64,000 bases of DNA from Opitutaceae bacterium (GTDB taxonomy: Bacteria > Verrucomicrobiota > Verrucomicrobiia > Opitutales > Coraliomargaritaceae): the NCBI GenBank assembly GCA_051252375.1, contig JBPOFY010000004.1, positions 128,001-192,000 of the forward strand, written 5' to 3'. Positions 18,542-29,300 of the stretch are shown here, piece after piece. A program made the translations under genes and the position numbers. Position 1 is the first letter of the stretch. Each line of letters starts with the position of its first letter. The notes under the pieces were generated by a model, which was not told the origin of the DNA, did not search any database, and saw only the letters and a program-made list of their open reading frames with translations.

Positions 18542-21500
18542 CTACTGCTGCCCCGTGTAAATTGCTGATGACATCGGGCTCAAGGTAAGCACAACATGTC
18601 CATTCCGCACACGGACCGAGGCTCCCGTCAGCGCATCGATCAATTCACTCGAACCGATCTCAGGACCTACATTTAAGTTAAATTCGAGCTTTCTGTCGGA
18701 ACGATTAAACAACACCAACGCTCGATCATCGCCATAAGCACGCACATAAGCATAACGATCCGCCCCCGCCTCCAGCGCACGACGACTCCCCATAAACAAT
18801 GCTGGATGCGCTCGGCGTGTGTGCGCCAGCTTCGCGAAATGCGCTCGAACCGATGCTTCGGCCGCCGTTACGTCATCACCAAAGCGCATCATCCGCCGAT
18901 TATCGGGATCGCCTGCACCGCTCATACCAATCTCGTCGCCGTAATAAATCATCGGCACGCCATCAATCGTCAGAAGGAAAGTCATCGCCAATTTCAACTT
19001 CTCGAAAGCCGCAGGATTATCGACTGTGAGCCTGCGCTTCCAGCCGACCTCCTCATCATCTGGTTCATCTGGGTCGGGCAAATCGCCATCGGCATATGCC
19101 ATGAAACGCGACTTGTCGTGATTCCCAAGTAAGGCCGACATGCGCACGCTGCGACCATACACTTCCTCGGACTGACGTAAGGCATTTTCTAGTGCGACAA
19201 AGTCGGCTGTGCCCTGCGCGAAGCATGGCACGAGCGTATCATACAGCGGGAAGTCAAATTGCCCATCGAGCATATTGGGACCGACGAAATCTGCAATCCC
19301 TTGGCGGCTTTGAAAAGTCTCGCCGACAAAGTAATGATTCGAGTCTGGAAAAGTATCGCGCATGCGTGTGCGAAAACGCCACCAGAAGTCCGGCCTAATA
19401 TGCTTCACGGCATCGAGACGATAACCGTCGAGATCGTAAGTATCGATCCAGTGAGTCGCATCTTCCAAAAGAAAGGCCACGGTCTCCGGATTACGAAAAT
19501 CAAATGCCGGCAGGAATGGCTCAAACCAAGTCGTATATGGATTGTCATTCCAACGGCGCAAATTGCGACTGCCATCACTCAGCTCCAATTGACCAAAAAG
19601 CTCGGGGCGCTCCGCGCGAATCGGGTTATCGACATGCACATGCTTCAACACGAAATCCGCCAGCACTTTCATCTCTTTACCATGCACCTCGCTGATGAGT
19701 TTGCGCAACGCAGGCTCGCCACCAAAGCGCTCTTCGACGCCATAGCGGTCCACCGGCCAGTAACCATGGTAGCCTGTGTATGAACGATACGGTTCCAGAT
19801 ACTCCTTCGAAGCACCCACTGGGTTTTGATTCAATGGAGCCAACCAAATCACGTTCACACCTAGGGCATCGAAATAGCCCTCATCTAGCTTTTGCCGAAT
19901 GCCATCAAAATCACCACCATGATAGTTTGCCGCGGGTAGAACTTCGGGGTCAGCGACTTTGACAGTGTTGGCAGTATTGCCGTCATGGAAACGATCGGTA
20001 AATGCATAATAGATGATATCATCCTGCCAAATATCCTCTAGCGGCTCGCCCGCAAAAGTCATTGCCGGCAAGCCAACTTTACCGTTCACCCCTTCAGCGA
20101 TGACACGAATTACCTCTCCCTGTGGCACCTGTGACTGGAAATAAACTTTGATCACATTGCCCTCAATTTCGACAGGTAAACGAACCACTCCGCCCGACTT
20201 CATGAGCGCCTCAGCAATCACAGTCGACAGCGGCTGATCCGATTGAATTTGAATTGAGCGATCATCCTGCCCAGCAACGAAAAGCGTGGGGGCTGACGCG
20301 TGCGCAGACCCGCCACCAAGCTCGACCACACTGTTATGACCACCGTAACCATCCGATTCAAGTTGAGCATTTCCAGGGTCTGTTTCCCAACTACCGTCGA
20401 TGACAAATTTATATATATGCCGGCCTGCGTTAAACGACTTCGTCAATTCCCAGCCACCATCCACTTTACGCAGCAAATCAGCATCAGCATTCCAGCTATT
20501 AAAGGCACCAACGAGTGCCACCGAAGTCGCCTCGTTATAACCATGTAGCGTAAATGTATGTGAAGGCACAGACTCCACGACCAGCGGCAAACTACTCTGA
20601 ATCACTTGATCGCTTCCAGATAAAGGCTCCAAGAAAAGCGGCACCATTTTTAAACCGCCCGCCGTCGTATCTGCAGAAACAATGAGCTGATGGTTCAAGC
20701 GATCAATTGAAACACTCACACCATCGACCGATCCGGAAGTAAAACGATGCGTCGCGCCTGGATTACCAAAACGTCGTAAGTCGATTAGCAATTCCTCACC
20801 AGCGCGCAGAAGTGTGAGTGGAGGCGCACCTAGAAACGCCTTACCAGCGGGCAAGATCGGGCTGGCGATAACACCGGCTTCGAGTTCATCAGTCGTGCTC
20901 AGCTCCCAATAGTATGCGGAAAGCGGAGCCAACCGATCTAGATAAATACCCTCGCGTAATGCATCCTCGATACGGATCGCACGCACCGATTGACCATCCA
21001 TGGCGAGACGCTCCTTAAGCACCAACCACTGGTCCGATGTATCCCTCAAACCAAGCTCCAAAATCGCAGCTGCAGGTAAGCGCACGCGCACATGTCGAAG
21101 CGTTGCATTTGCGTGGAAGTTGCTGGTCACTAAATAACGCGAGCCACTGGACGGATCACTGCGCAGATAAGCATAAAACCAATGCCCGGATGGGCCGACG
21201 TCCGCTACTTTTCCATAGAACGGATTATTCCGATTCACCTGATTGAGCATGATGGAATTGCCTTGAGAAAACGCAGGCTCGGTCTGCAGCTGAAGTAGTC
21301 TCGAATACCACGCACGCAGTGCGATTTGCTCAGCAGATAGCCCTGCGCCATCAGCAGCGCCATCGTTCCACCATTTATTCAATTCCGGCAACGACCAGTA
21401 ATCAAAAATCGAAGAGCGTTGATCATCGCCACCGAAACCTTCGATACCCAGCCCCGGTTCGCCGACCTCTTGACCATGATATATCATTACCGGTCCGCGT

Positions 21501-23278
21501 GAGAGACCGAAAAGTGTGGCAGTCACTGGACGACCGACTGCCATCCCCTGCCCGCCCCAGGTGCCTGGGTGTGCAAGGCGAATTTCGTCATGGTTTTCAG
21601 TGTAGCGTAGGGCGCAATCAAAGAAGAATGCATCCAAGCCTTGCTCCACTTCGTCCAGATCATTTGCCCAAGCTTTTCCCTCCAACAAATGTTCCAGCGT
21701 ATCGTATCCAGGATCATCATACACGGAGTTAAAACCGGCATCGAGCAGTGAAAGCATGACGCTATCTTCGGCATTAATCGCGGGGTCACGACTAGGCACT
21801 TTTGCGGGGTCATCATTATAAGCCTCTGCACAGAAGAAGACTTCCGGGTCGCGCGCCTTCGCCCGATGAATCATCCATTTCCAGAATTCAGGTGGCACCA
21901 TGTGCGCCATGTCCGCCCGAAAACCGTCCACCCCGAGCTCCTGCCAATAGGCGATGATCGAATCCATTTTTTTCCAAGTATCGGGAATGGGCTTTCGTGG
22001 ACTGATTGCTGACGGATATTCTGGTGCTCGATCACGGTGTAAGAAATCGAAGCCATAATTCAGTTTCACCGTTTCATACCAATCTCCATTCGATGGCTGC
22101 CAGCTGGCGACATTGTTGCCTGTCACGCGACCATGCACGCGCTCCGCATCAAAATACCCATCTGCATTACCGACAAGGCGCGCGGTTTCGTTCACGACTT
22201 GACCGGTTTGAGGATCGACTGTCGGCAACCTGAGTGGCGCTTGGCCGTCTGTAATTTCAGGCGTGAGATAGAAGAAATTATTGTCCGCATCGAAATAGAC
22301 GTCCTTTCGGTCACTCACTCCAAAGGCGAGCTCCGGTCGTATATCAGAAGCATAACTGCGCGCCACGTGGTTTGGCACAAAATCAATAATCACATCAAGA
22401 CCCGCCGCTTTCATCCGTGCGGTCAGCGCCTTAAACTCGTCCAGTCGCTTGTTCGGATCGTCTGCAAAGTCCGGAGACACATCAAAATAATCGCGTATCG
22501 CATACGGACTGCCAGCGATGCCTTTCAACAAATCTGGATCATCCGGAGCTTGTCCCGCATCAGTATAATCGGTCGATGTCGCCTGCTGTATAATGCCAGT
22601 CAGCCAAATATGGCTAAAACCATCCGCCTTTAATCCCGCAAGAACCGACGCGCTCAAGTCGTTGAACTTACCGGAACCATTTTCAGCTAAAGTCCCGTTG
22701 GTCTTACGGGTCTCATTATCATTACCGAAAAGTCGTGGCAACATTTGATAGATGCGCGGCTTAGCTTCCACCGAACCATAACGACCGCGCAGTTCCAATT
22801 CCCCGGACGCGACCACTGCGTAATAGTGCGGCAGATACACATCGCTGCCCGAGCGTGAAAAGTAATCATGGTCTGCTGCCAGTGCGCCATCGGTGGTCGA
22901 AGTAAACCACTGCACGGCACGCACGTGATCGAGCGTTCGTCCCGACTCCATCTCCACTGTCAGCGTATTGCCGTTGCGATTCATAACAAAAGCATCAGCG
23001 GATACGTTTTGCCATTGGTAGTATCCATAAGCGCGAGCACTGACGACCATATCATTTCGAACTTCTAGTATGACATCGGCCTGAAATGGTAAAAACACTC
23101 GGCGGTCTTGACCAACAGTCACCACTGTGGACCCAAAACTAGGTCCCACATCCAAAGCCACCCAAACTGTCGTATTGGAATCAACCGCCGTAACTGGCAA
23201 CTGCACCGAAACGGGCTGCGCAGTTAGGCAACCAGCAAGCAAACAGGAGATAACGAGGAGGAATAATCGGTGTAACAT
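18542..23278 (-). CDS. Tandem GH13 - CBM48-like - GH13 secreted alpha-glucan enzyme (about 1578 aa)
   Basis: Start moved to ATG 23278 (MLHRLFLLVISC.., signal peptide). Domain 1: IYQMLPRLFGN, GSPYAIRDY, DGFRADMAH, FCAEAY, YTENHDE (GH13_38-like). Middle: VALVGAFNSWN..YKFVIDGSWETDP. Domain 2: YHGYW, DGYRLDAVKH, FVGETF, LGNHD. Confidence 0.9.
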   Translation of the reverse strand: MLHRLFLLVISCLLAGCLTAQPVSVQLPVTAVDSNTTVWVALDVGPSFGSTVVTVGQDRRVFLPFQADVILEVRNDMVVSARAYGYYQWQNVSADAFVMNRNGNTLTVEMESGRTLDHVRAVQWFTSTTDGALAADHDYFSRSGSDVYLPHYYAVVASGELELRGRYGSVEAKPRIYQMLPRLFGNDNETRKTNGTLAENGSGKFNDLSASVLAGLKADGFSHIWLTGIIQQATSTDYTDAGQAPDDPDLLKGIAGSPYAIRDYFDVSPDFADDPNKRLDEFKALTARMKAAGLDVIIDFVPNHVARSYASDIRPELAFGVSDRKDVYFDADNNFFYLTPEITDGQAPLRLPTVDPQTGQVVNETARLVGNADGYFDAERVHGRVTGNNVASWQPSNGDWYETVKLNYGFDFLHRDRAPEYPSAISPRKPIPDTWKKMDSIIAYWQELGVDGFRADMAHMVPPEFWKWMIHRAKARDPEVFFCAEAYNDDPAKVPSRDPAINAEDSVMLSLLDAGFNSVYDDPGYDTLEHLLEGKAWANDLDEVEQGLDAFFFDCALRYTENHDEIRLAHPGTWGGQGMAVGRPVTATLFGLSRGPVMIYHGQEVGEPGLGIEGFGGDDQRSSIFDYWSLPELNKWWNDGAADGAGLSAEQIALRAWYSRLLQLQTEPAFSQGNSIMLNQVNRNNPFYGKVADVGPSGHWFYAYLRSDPSSGSRYLVTSNFHANATLRHVRVRLPAAAILELGLRDTSDQWLVLKERLAMDGQSVRAIRIEDALREGIYLDRLAPLSAYYWELSTTDELEAGVIASPILPAGKAFLGAPPLTLLRAGEELLIDLRRFGNPGATHRFTSGSVDGVSVSIDRLNHQLIVSADTTAGGLKMVPLFLEPLSGSDQVIQSSLPLVVESVPSHTFTLHGYNEATSVALVGAFNSWNADADLLRKVDGGWELTKSFNAGRHIYKFVIDGSWETDPGNAQLESDGYGGHNSVVELGGGSAHASAPTLFVAGQDDRSIQIQSDQPLSTVIAEALMKSGGVVRLPVEIEGNVIKVYFQSQVPQGEVIRVIAEGVNGKVGLPAMTFAGEPLEDIWQDDIIYYAFTDRFHDGNTANTVKVADPEVLPAANYHGGDFDGIRQKLDEGYFDALGVNVIWLAPLNQNPVGASKEYLEPYRSYTGYHGYWPVDRYGVEERFGGEPALRKLISEVHGKEMKVLADFVLKHVHVDNPIRAERPELFGQLELSDGSRNLRRWNDNPYTTWFEPFLPAFDFRNPETVAFLLEDATHWIDTYDLDGYRLDAVKHIRPDFWWRFRTRMRDTFPDSNHYFVGETFQSRQGIADFVGPNMLDGQFDFPLYDTLVPCFAQGTADFVALENALRQSEEVYGRSVRMSALLGNHDKSRFMAYADGDLPDPDEPDDEEVGWKRRLTVDNPAAFEKLKLAMTFLLTIDGVPMIYYGDEIGMSGAGDPDNRRMMRFGDDVTAAEASVRAHFAKLAHTRRAHPALFMGSRRALEAGADRYAYVRAYGDDRALVLFNRSDRKLEFNLNVGPEIGSSELIDALTGASVRVRNGHVVLTLSPMSSAIYTGQQ

Positions 23279-23353
23279 AGAGGGGATAACTGAATAACAA
23301 TGTTTGAAATCGTCATGACAGCAGTTCTGGAGTGAAGTGCTAAACATGCACAA

Positions 23354-23527
23354 TTGGACAGTTGAATAAAGCTCTAGATCAGCCCTTGAGCTCAAAAAGC
23401 TAGCCTCCTCCGCTACTCAATTCGCTTCAGAGTTGAGAACGTCGAAATACTTTATGCTCTACGATCGAGTCCCAGCGCCGATAAAAAGGGGGAAACACCA
23501 CAAATCACGCCCAGTTGAACTGTTGAA
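23354..23527. promoter_or_regulatory. Two candidate operators (TTGGACAGTTGAA 23354-23366; TTGAACTGTTGAA 23515-23527) in a divergent promoter
   Basis: Same motif as at 18503 and 26109-26290; lies between the divergent GH13 tandem and PEP-CTERM genes. Confidence 0.65.
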
Positions 23528-23612
23528 TTCAAAAAGCTTTTAAAAAGTTAAGAATATGTGAATTATAGGTGATTCTGACTTTTAATACACCACCTCACAC
23601 TCATAACACACT

Positions 23613-24266
23613 ATGAAAAAAATATCCTTACTCTTTGCTGCAGCTTCCTTCATGGTTGCTACGTCATCCTACGGCGCTTTAGCCCAAACAGTTACTTTCG
23701 GTGGCGGCAATCCTTCAACTGAAGGCTGGACTGTTAGCGGCACTGGAGGAGGCGAGTTCAACAACGGGAGCGCATGGGCAATTTTTGGAGGCACCCAAAA
23801 CGCGACACGCGGCCTTGGTGGTGATCTCTCCATCGGTCAGACGGTTACCATTGACCTTGCTACTCTGGGAGTCGGAACTGGCGACTTTGTTGGTGTCGAC
23901 TTCCGTCAAGGCGCAACGACTGGCATTGGGTATAATTTCCAAGGTGGCGGAAGTAATTATAATGTTTTCAGCAATGCAGGAGCAGTTGACTCGCTTATTG
24001 GTTTCTCTTCATCCTTCAAGACGATAGCTCTAACCAATGTTGACGGGACAAACTATACCCTGTCCATTGACGGAACAGATTTCACAAGCCTCGCGCTTGC
24101 AAATAGCACCACAGCAATTGATGAAATCCGCCTCTTCAATGCTACCAGTGGATCAGGAAACGATGTGCTTTTCAACAATTTCACTGTAGTGCCTGAACCT
24201 AGCACCTACGCACTAATCGCGGGTATTCTGGCTTTCACAGCAGTGGCAGTCAAACGTCGCAAATAA
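23613..24266 (+). CDS. PEP-CTERM sorting-domain surface protein
   Basis: Signal peptide, Gly/Thr/Asn-rich body and C-terminal VPEPSTYALIAGILAFTAVAVKRRK. Confidence 0.95.
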   Translation: MKKISLLFAAASFMVATSSYGALAQTVTFGGGNPSTEGWTVSGTGGGEFNNGSAWAIFGGTQNATRGLGGDLSIGQTVTIDLATLGVGTGDFVGVDFRQGATTGIGYNFQGGGSNYNVFSNAGAVDSLIGFSSSFKTIALTNVDGTNYTLSIDGTDFTSLALANSTTAIDEIRLFNATSGSGNDVLFNNFTVVPEPSTYALIAGILAFTAVAVKRRK

Positions 24267-24282
24267 GTTCTTTAATTATTTC

Positions 24283-24318
24283 AAAAAGCCGTTGATTATT
24301 ACATCAACGGCTTTTTTT
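24283..24318 (+). terminator. Rho-independent terminator
   Basis: AAAAAGCCGTTGAT-tattac-ATCAACGGCTTTTTTT directly after the PEP-CTERM gene. Confidence 0.85.
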
Positions 24319-24337
24319 GGTCTAACGACAATATTTC

Positions 24338-25045
24338 ATGTTTAAACAAAATTGGAAGGCACTGATTACATACACATTAGTCACATGTGCCATGAAACTG
24401 GTCGCAGTTGGTGGGGCTCCGGATCAAATCAGCCGAAACTACTATGTCACTATCGATTCTATACGCATGCACGGAATCATGACGAATGACCACTCCACCT
24501 TGGACCTGTCTGTAGCGATAAAAGGACAAAATAAAATCCGTGCCACTTTCCTCACGAAGCAAGGCTCCAGCACCAGAACTGTGTATCTATTAAATGGCCC
24601 CGCACTTAAGGAATTCCACGAAGTGGATGGCACACTAACAGAATCAGCAGCGAGCCGACTTGATTCTGTAACCACACTGATGGACCTTATCGCGTTAAAC
24701 CCAGACTATCACTTTCAAGCGAACAACGGCTTCGACCTCAACTCTCCGATTCTCGAAGGCTACACTGTCGAGCTAACAAGAGAACCCGGAGCATATTCAG
24801 GAACAGATAAACATAAACCATTACACTTACAGTTATTTGAAAACAACGAGGGCAAAAGGCTAATCCGTAGCGCCCACTTCGTTCGCTTTCACAAAGTAAT
24901 TGACCCGTATTTTCAGCCTAAAGAGATCACATTTACCGATGAGACAACTGGAGTAGGCGCCACGATTATTATCGATAGATATGAATACCGATCAGGCATC
25001 CCAGAGTTTCTCTTCGACTTCCCCGAATCGGCTGAAAAAAATTAA
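24338..25045 (+). CDS. Exported hypothetical protein, possible LolA-like fold
   Basis: N-terminal hydrophobic stretch; C-terminal PKEITF..IIDRYEYRSGIPEFLFDFP resembles the ends of lipoprotein-sorting-like proteins. Fold call is weak. Confidence 0.55.
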   Translation: MFKQNWKALITYTLVTCAMKLVAVGGAPDQISRNYYVTIDSIRMHGIMTNDHSTLDLSVAIKGQNKIRATFLTKQGSSTRTVYLLNGPALKEFHEVDGTLTESAASRLDSVTTLMDLIALNPDYHFQANNGFDLNSPILEGYTVELTREPGAYSGTDKHKPLHLQLFENNEGKRLIRSAHFVRFHKVIDPYFQPKEITFTDETTGVGATIIIDRYEYRSGIPEFLFDFPESAEKN

Positions 25046-26106
25046 GACTTCTTAGCCTTCGCGCTTAGCTTTGCCTTCAAACTCGGACCATCGACCCAGA
25101 CGCTTTCGATCTGCACCACTTTTGGGAATTGCTGCGGACCATATTCGTTTTTCTGCAACTGCCCGACGACCAGGTCCACTCCCGCACTGCCCACGATGCG
25201 ATTATTCTGGCGCATCCCGGCTACGTGCTCAATTGCATCGTGCCAGTCAAGGTGAACGAAGCCGACTTCTTTGGGCACTGAAACACCAGCGGCGATCATG
25301 GCATCGTAGAGTTCGATCTTGTTCGTAATCACTACATCCGGTTTTTGCTCCTGAATACTTGCTATAGCTGCATCCAATTTCTCTAAGTCCAGTGGTAAAG
25401 GACTGAGTCGATTTTTTGGCTTAAAACGTGACGCGACACTGCAGAATCCGGCGCTGAATTTATTATCCAATAGCTCATCATCTTGCGGCGGTAAAAATAG
25501 CATCGGGCGTTTATAACCAAGCTCAAAAACCTTCTCAGTCGCACCACGCGCAGTCAGGTATTGGTCATTCGTGGAGCAATCGAGATGATTGTGTAAATGA
25601 GTCACCCCCAATACGGCACAAGCAAACTCATTCCAGAATTCAGAATATCCCTCGTGGATCATTTCAGGCGTCAGCGCAGCAATCAGCACTAAACCTCGAA
25701 TACCCCTGGTTTGGAGAATCTGCTTCAAACGGTGCGGCTTGATGTCCGGTTGCTCCAACCAGTATTCCTCGACACCATAGCCCAAGAGTTCTGCTCGGGC
25801 TAACACGCCTTCGCGTAAACGACTAAACGTATGATTTTGGCCCAAATCCGCCAATGATGAACAATTGATTAAACCCAGATTGGCCTGAAAAGACGGCTGA
25901 CGACCCGAACGAAGCTGCGTCATCAGCGAATCCACGACCGGATTGCGGCGATAGCCCATCTCATCGGCAACCGCCTGGATACGCTTACGCGTGCTCTCAG
26001 GAATGCGGGGGTCATTGCGCAAGGCCAATGACACCGCAGACTTACTCACACCAGCCGCATCGGCGATCTGTTGCATATTAGGACGACGGTCTAAGGGGTT
26101 AGACAT
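25042..26106 (-). CDS. LacI-family transcriptional regulator
   Basis: HTH PNMQQIADAAGVSKSAVSLALRN..MGYRRN followed by a sugar-binding-type domain. Confidence 0.95.
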   Translation of the reverse strand: MSNPLDRRPNMQQIADAAGVSKSAVSLALRNDPRIPESTRKRIQAVADEMGYRRNPVVDSLMTQLRSGRQPSFQANLGLINCSSLADLGQNHTFSRLREGVLARAELLGYGVEEYWLEQPDIKPHRLKQILQTRGIRGLVLIAALTPEMIHEGYSEFWNEFACAVLGVTHLHNHLDCSTNDQYLTARGATEKVFELGYKRPMLFLPPQDDELLDNKFSAGFCSVASRFKPKNRLSPLPLDLEKLDAAIASIQEQKPDVVITNKIELYDAMIAAGVSVPKEVGFVHLDWHDAIEHVAGMRQNNRIVGSAGVDLVVGQLQKNEYGPQQFPKVVQIESVWVDGPSLKAKLSAKAKKS

Positions 26107-26108
26107 GA

Positions 26109-26290
26109 TTTAACAGTTGAATGAGACTCGAGCAAAGCGCAATAGAGCTAGATAGTCGACAGTTGAATAAACAATTCCGAGCGATTGCATGCCCACTAAT
26201 AAGCCCCAGCACATTTCCTTACGGATCCTTGTATCTACAGGCTTTTGCTGAGACGACACCCCGATCCATTGCCCAGAGTAAACTGTTGAA
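26109..26290. promoter_or_regulatory. Three candidate operators (TTTAACAGTTGAA 26109-26121; GTCGACAGTTGAA 26155-26167; GTAAACTGTTGAA 26278-26290)
   Basis: Three copies in the 273-bp gap between lacI and the giant GH13 gene; the first lies 2 bp from the lacI start codon. Confidence 0.7.
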
Positions 26291-26379
26291 CAATGCGCCC
26301 CCTTACCATTCGGGACAAACTACGTATTCTTGTTTTAAATCCCCAGTTTTCGTCTATATTGAACTAGGTAATAGCCCCC

Positions 26380-29300
26380 ATGTCCCTACTCTCACACCTT
26401 ACTCGCTTTCATCAACTCTCCCTCCTGCTCCTTCTGTTGGTTGCAGGTAAGCTCTGCAATGGTGAAGCCATGCTTCAGTATTTCAACACGGACTGGGCAG
26501 AAATCACGCGCAAGATGCCGGAACTGGCTGAGGCCGGTTACTCATCCTTGTGGCTCCCTCCCCCAACTAAAGGCAGTGGCGGTCTTTCAGTCGGTTACGA
26601 TCTATGGGACCCATTCGATCTCGGCAGTGTAGATCAGCGCAACACTGTTCGCACACGCTACGGCACCGAAGCCGAACTACTAGAACTGGTCAAAACTTCA
26701 CACCGTTTCGGCATCCGCGTTTACTTTGATAATATCATGAACCACCGGGCGTTTGATGTGCCGGGATACAACGAAAATACCGACATCTACATCTATCCGG
26801 GCATGGTGCCCGAGGACTTCCACCTGCGGGTCACCGAAGATGGGTTCTACCGCAAGTGGGACAACACCCGCGACTGGAATTCGGCATGGCAAGTCCAGAA
26901 CCTCGGACTGGCCGATCTGATCGACATCGCCCACGAAACTCCGAACACCAATTTCGGCCCCAACGAAGGCGACGACCATCCGAAATACTCGTTCGTGCGC
27001 CACCCGAACAACCCAGAATACTACTGCTACGACAGTAGCGGCACCTATGTCGGGTTTGGCAACGTCACCCAGCTAGATATGGACAACAATCCGAGTGCCT
27101 TTACGGAAGACGTCGGCGCCTACCTAGTCCGCAACGTGCGCTGGTTGATGGATCGCACGAAGGCAGATGGCTTGCGACTCGATGCGGTCAAACACGTGCC
27201 AGACTACTTCTTCGGCCAACAAAGCGGAGTCGACAAGGACACCAGTGACGCTGGCTACCTCGGCGGAGTTCAAAGGCAGTTCAACATTAGCCGCGGCTTC
27301 TCCGATGCCAACCATCGCGATTCGGTTTTCGAGACAGAGGTCGGTCGTGATGATGCGATGGTCTTCGGCGAACACCTAGGCTCGCCCCCCGGATATAGCG
27401 GCTACTGGGATGCGGGCATGCGACTCGTCGACAATGAACTGCGCTCAAAGCTCAACGGGGCACTCGGCAATCCATCGGACACCCTAGCCGGACTGGACGG
27501 TTCTGGTGGCGGCGGCTTTTCGGCAGCACTCGGCGTCACCCATGCCAACAGCCACGACAGCGACTATTCGGCCATGCGCCAACTCCAACACGCGATGTAT
27601 TACACCCGCGAAGGAATGGGCCTCGTTTACACAGACGGCTACTATCAAGCCGAAACCTTGGGCGAATCCGGCGGCGCATTCCCTCGTCACGCCAACACCG
27701 CATTTCTCGGTCAATTCGCCGATCCACGAATCCCAAATCTACTCAAAATACACCAAGACTTTGCACGTGGATTTCAGCAAGGACTTTGGGGTGACGCCGA
27801 CTTCCTCGCCTACGAACGCCGCGACAATCGTAATCCCGACGGTTCCGCCCGTATCGGCAGTGCCACTGACGAAGTCACTATGGTGGTCATGCTAAATGAC
27901 AACAGCGCTTCCGGACAGGCTCGCTCTTTTTCATCCAGCTTTCCAGCCAGCGCCTACCTCTACCAATACGCCACTGGTCCAGATGGGGCGAACCAGACCG
28001 GCTTCTATAAATTCGGCAGCGAGTTAGGCTCCGTCATCGTCCCACCCGGCGGATACTTCGTGTTCGGCTACCGCACTCCGGAACTCTCAACCCTCTGGCC
28101 TGACTCTGCGGTCACCCTCTACCAAGACAGCAAAGAAGTGCGCCAGATCACCGTCACCCGCCAGGACGGTCCCGATGGCGATGAGGCCTTCAATCCCTAC
28201 GGCTTTGCGAATCGCGGCTACCCCGCTGGTGAAACTCCAGAGCCTTATACCTATCAAATGAGCGTTCCTGTGGTGACCTCGAACCCACTGACCATCATCG
28301 CTCGGGCGGACGGCTCTGCCGAAAAGATCTGGCTCAAGCTCGATGGCGGCGTAGACCTCAACGGCGGCGTCCCTGCGGGCTCGGGCATCACCGACCCCGC
28401 CCTCCGCGATAATCCGCCCGCCGTGCGCACCGATACTTGGGTCGGCTACGAAGAACCCACATTCGTCGACCGCCAACATCCCGAGAAATTTGCAGCGGTG
28501 GACACCTCCCGCAGTCAGATCGGCTCCCCCGGAGCGGAAACCTACAACAAGATAATCGACGATGCCTTTACCATCGATGACGCCCCGACCGGAGCCAACG
28601 ACTTCGGCACCAATGGCGGATTAATTCCCTCATGGATTTTCCATGACCCCACTGGCACTGTTGGCGGTCCCGGGGGCACAACAGGCGTCGGTGATACACA
28701 ATATACCGAAGGAGCGAGCGACATCACGCTCTGGGCGAAGACCAACTCAGTCGGAGCTGGATTCAATATGTTTGTTTACTACACAGCCGACGGCAGCTAC
28801 CCCGAAGGAGCTGGCGGCATCGGACGCGGCACGACGCAAGTCGCCGCATTAGGGTTCCAGCATAATGAGGGTGGCGACGACTGGTGGGGCAACGCCACGA
28901 TAGCCAAGCCTGCATCGGGTGCCACATTCCGCTATAAGATCGGAGTCTACAAAAACGGTCCGACCATCCAAGGCTCTTGGTGGCCCGGCGATGCCGCTTC
29001 GGTTGCCCACAAGAAGCAAATGCTCTCGACCTTCAAGGTCGAAAACTGGGATCCAACCGCCGCGCAAGTTCATGTGCACGCCGACTACAACTCGCTGACA
29101 ACCGGCCTCGCCGAAGGTTTCCATGTCATCCGAGCGAAAGCGATGCTCAACCGCGACCCATGGGCGGCCGCCTCGCTCTATCAGACATTTACTCAGACCT
29201 TCTACTACGACGCCGAGACCCCACAAGGCGAAGTCGCCTTCCCGTCAAGCGACGGTGAAACGGTCGGCGGATCGTCCTACGAGATCGTCGTGCGCACAGA

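Noticed and set aside
23279..23395. Longer N-terminus given by the ORF track for the GH13 tandem (likewise 9339..10970, 40485, 47576, 47952, 56378, 60877)
   Set aside because: A later ATG exposes a signal peptide or fits the family start; this extension also overlaps an operator copy.
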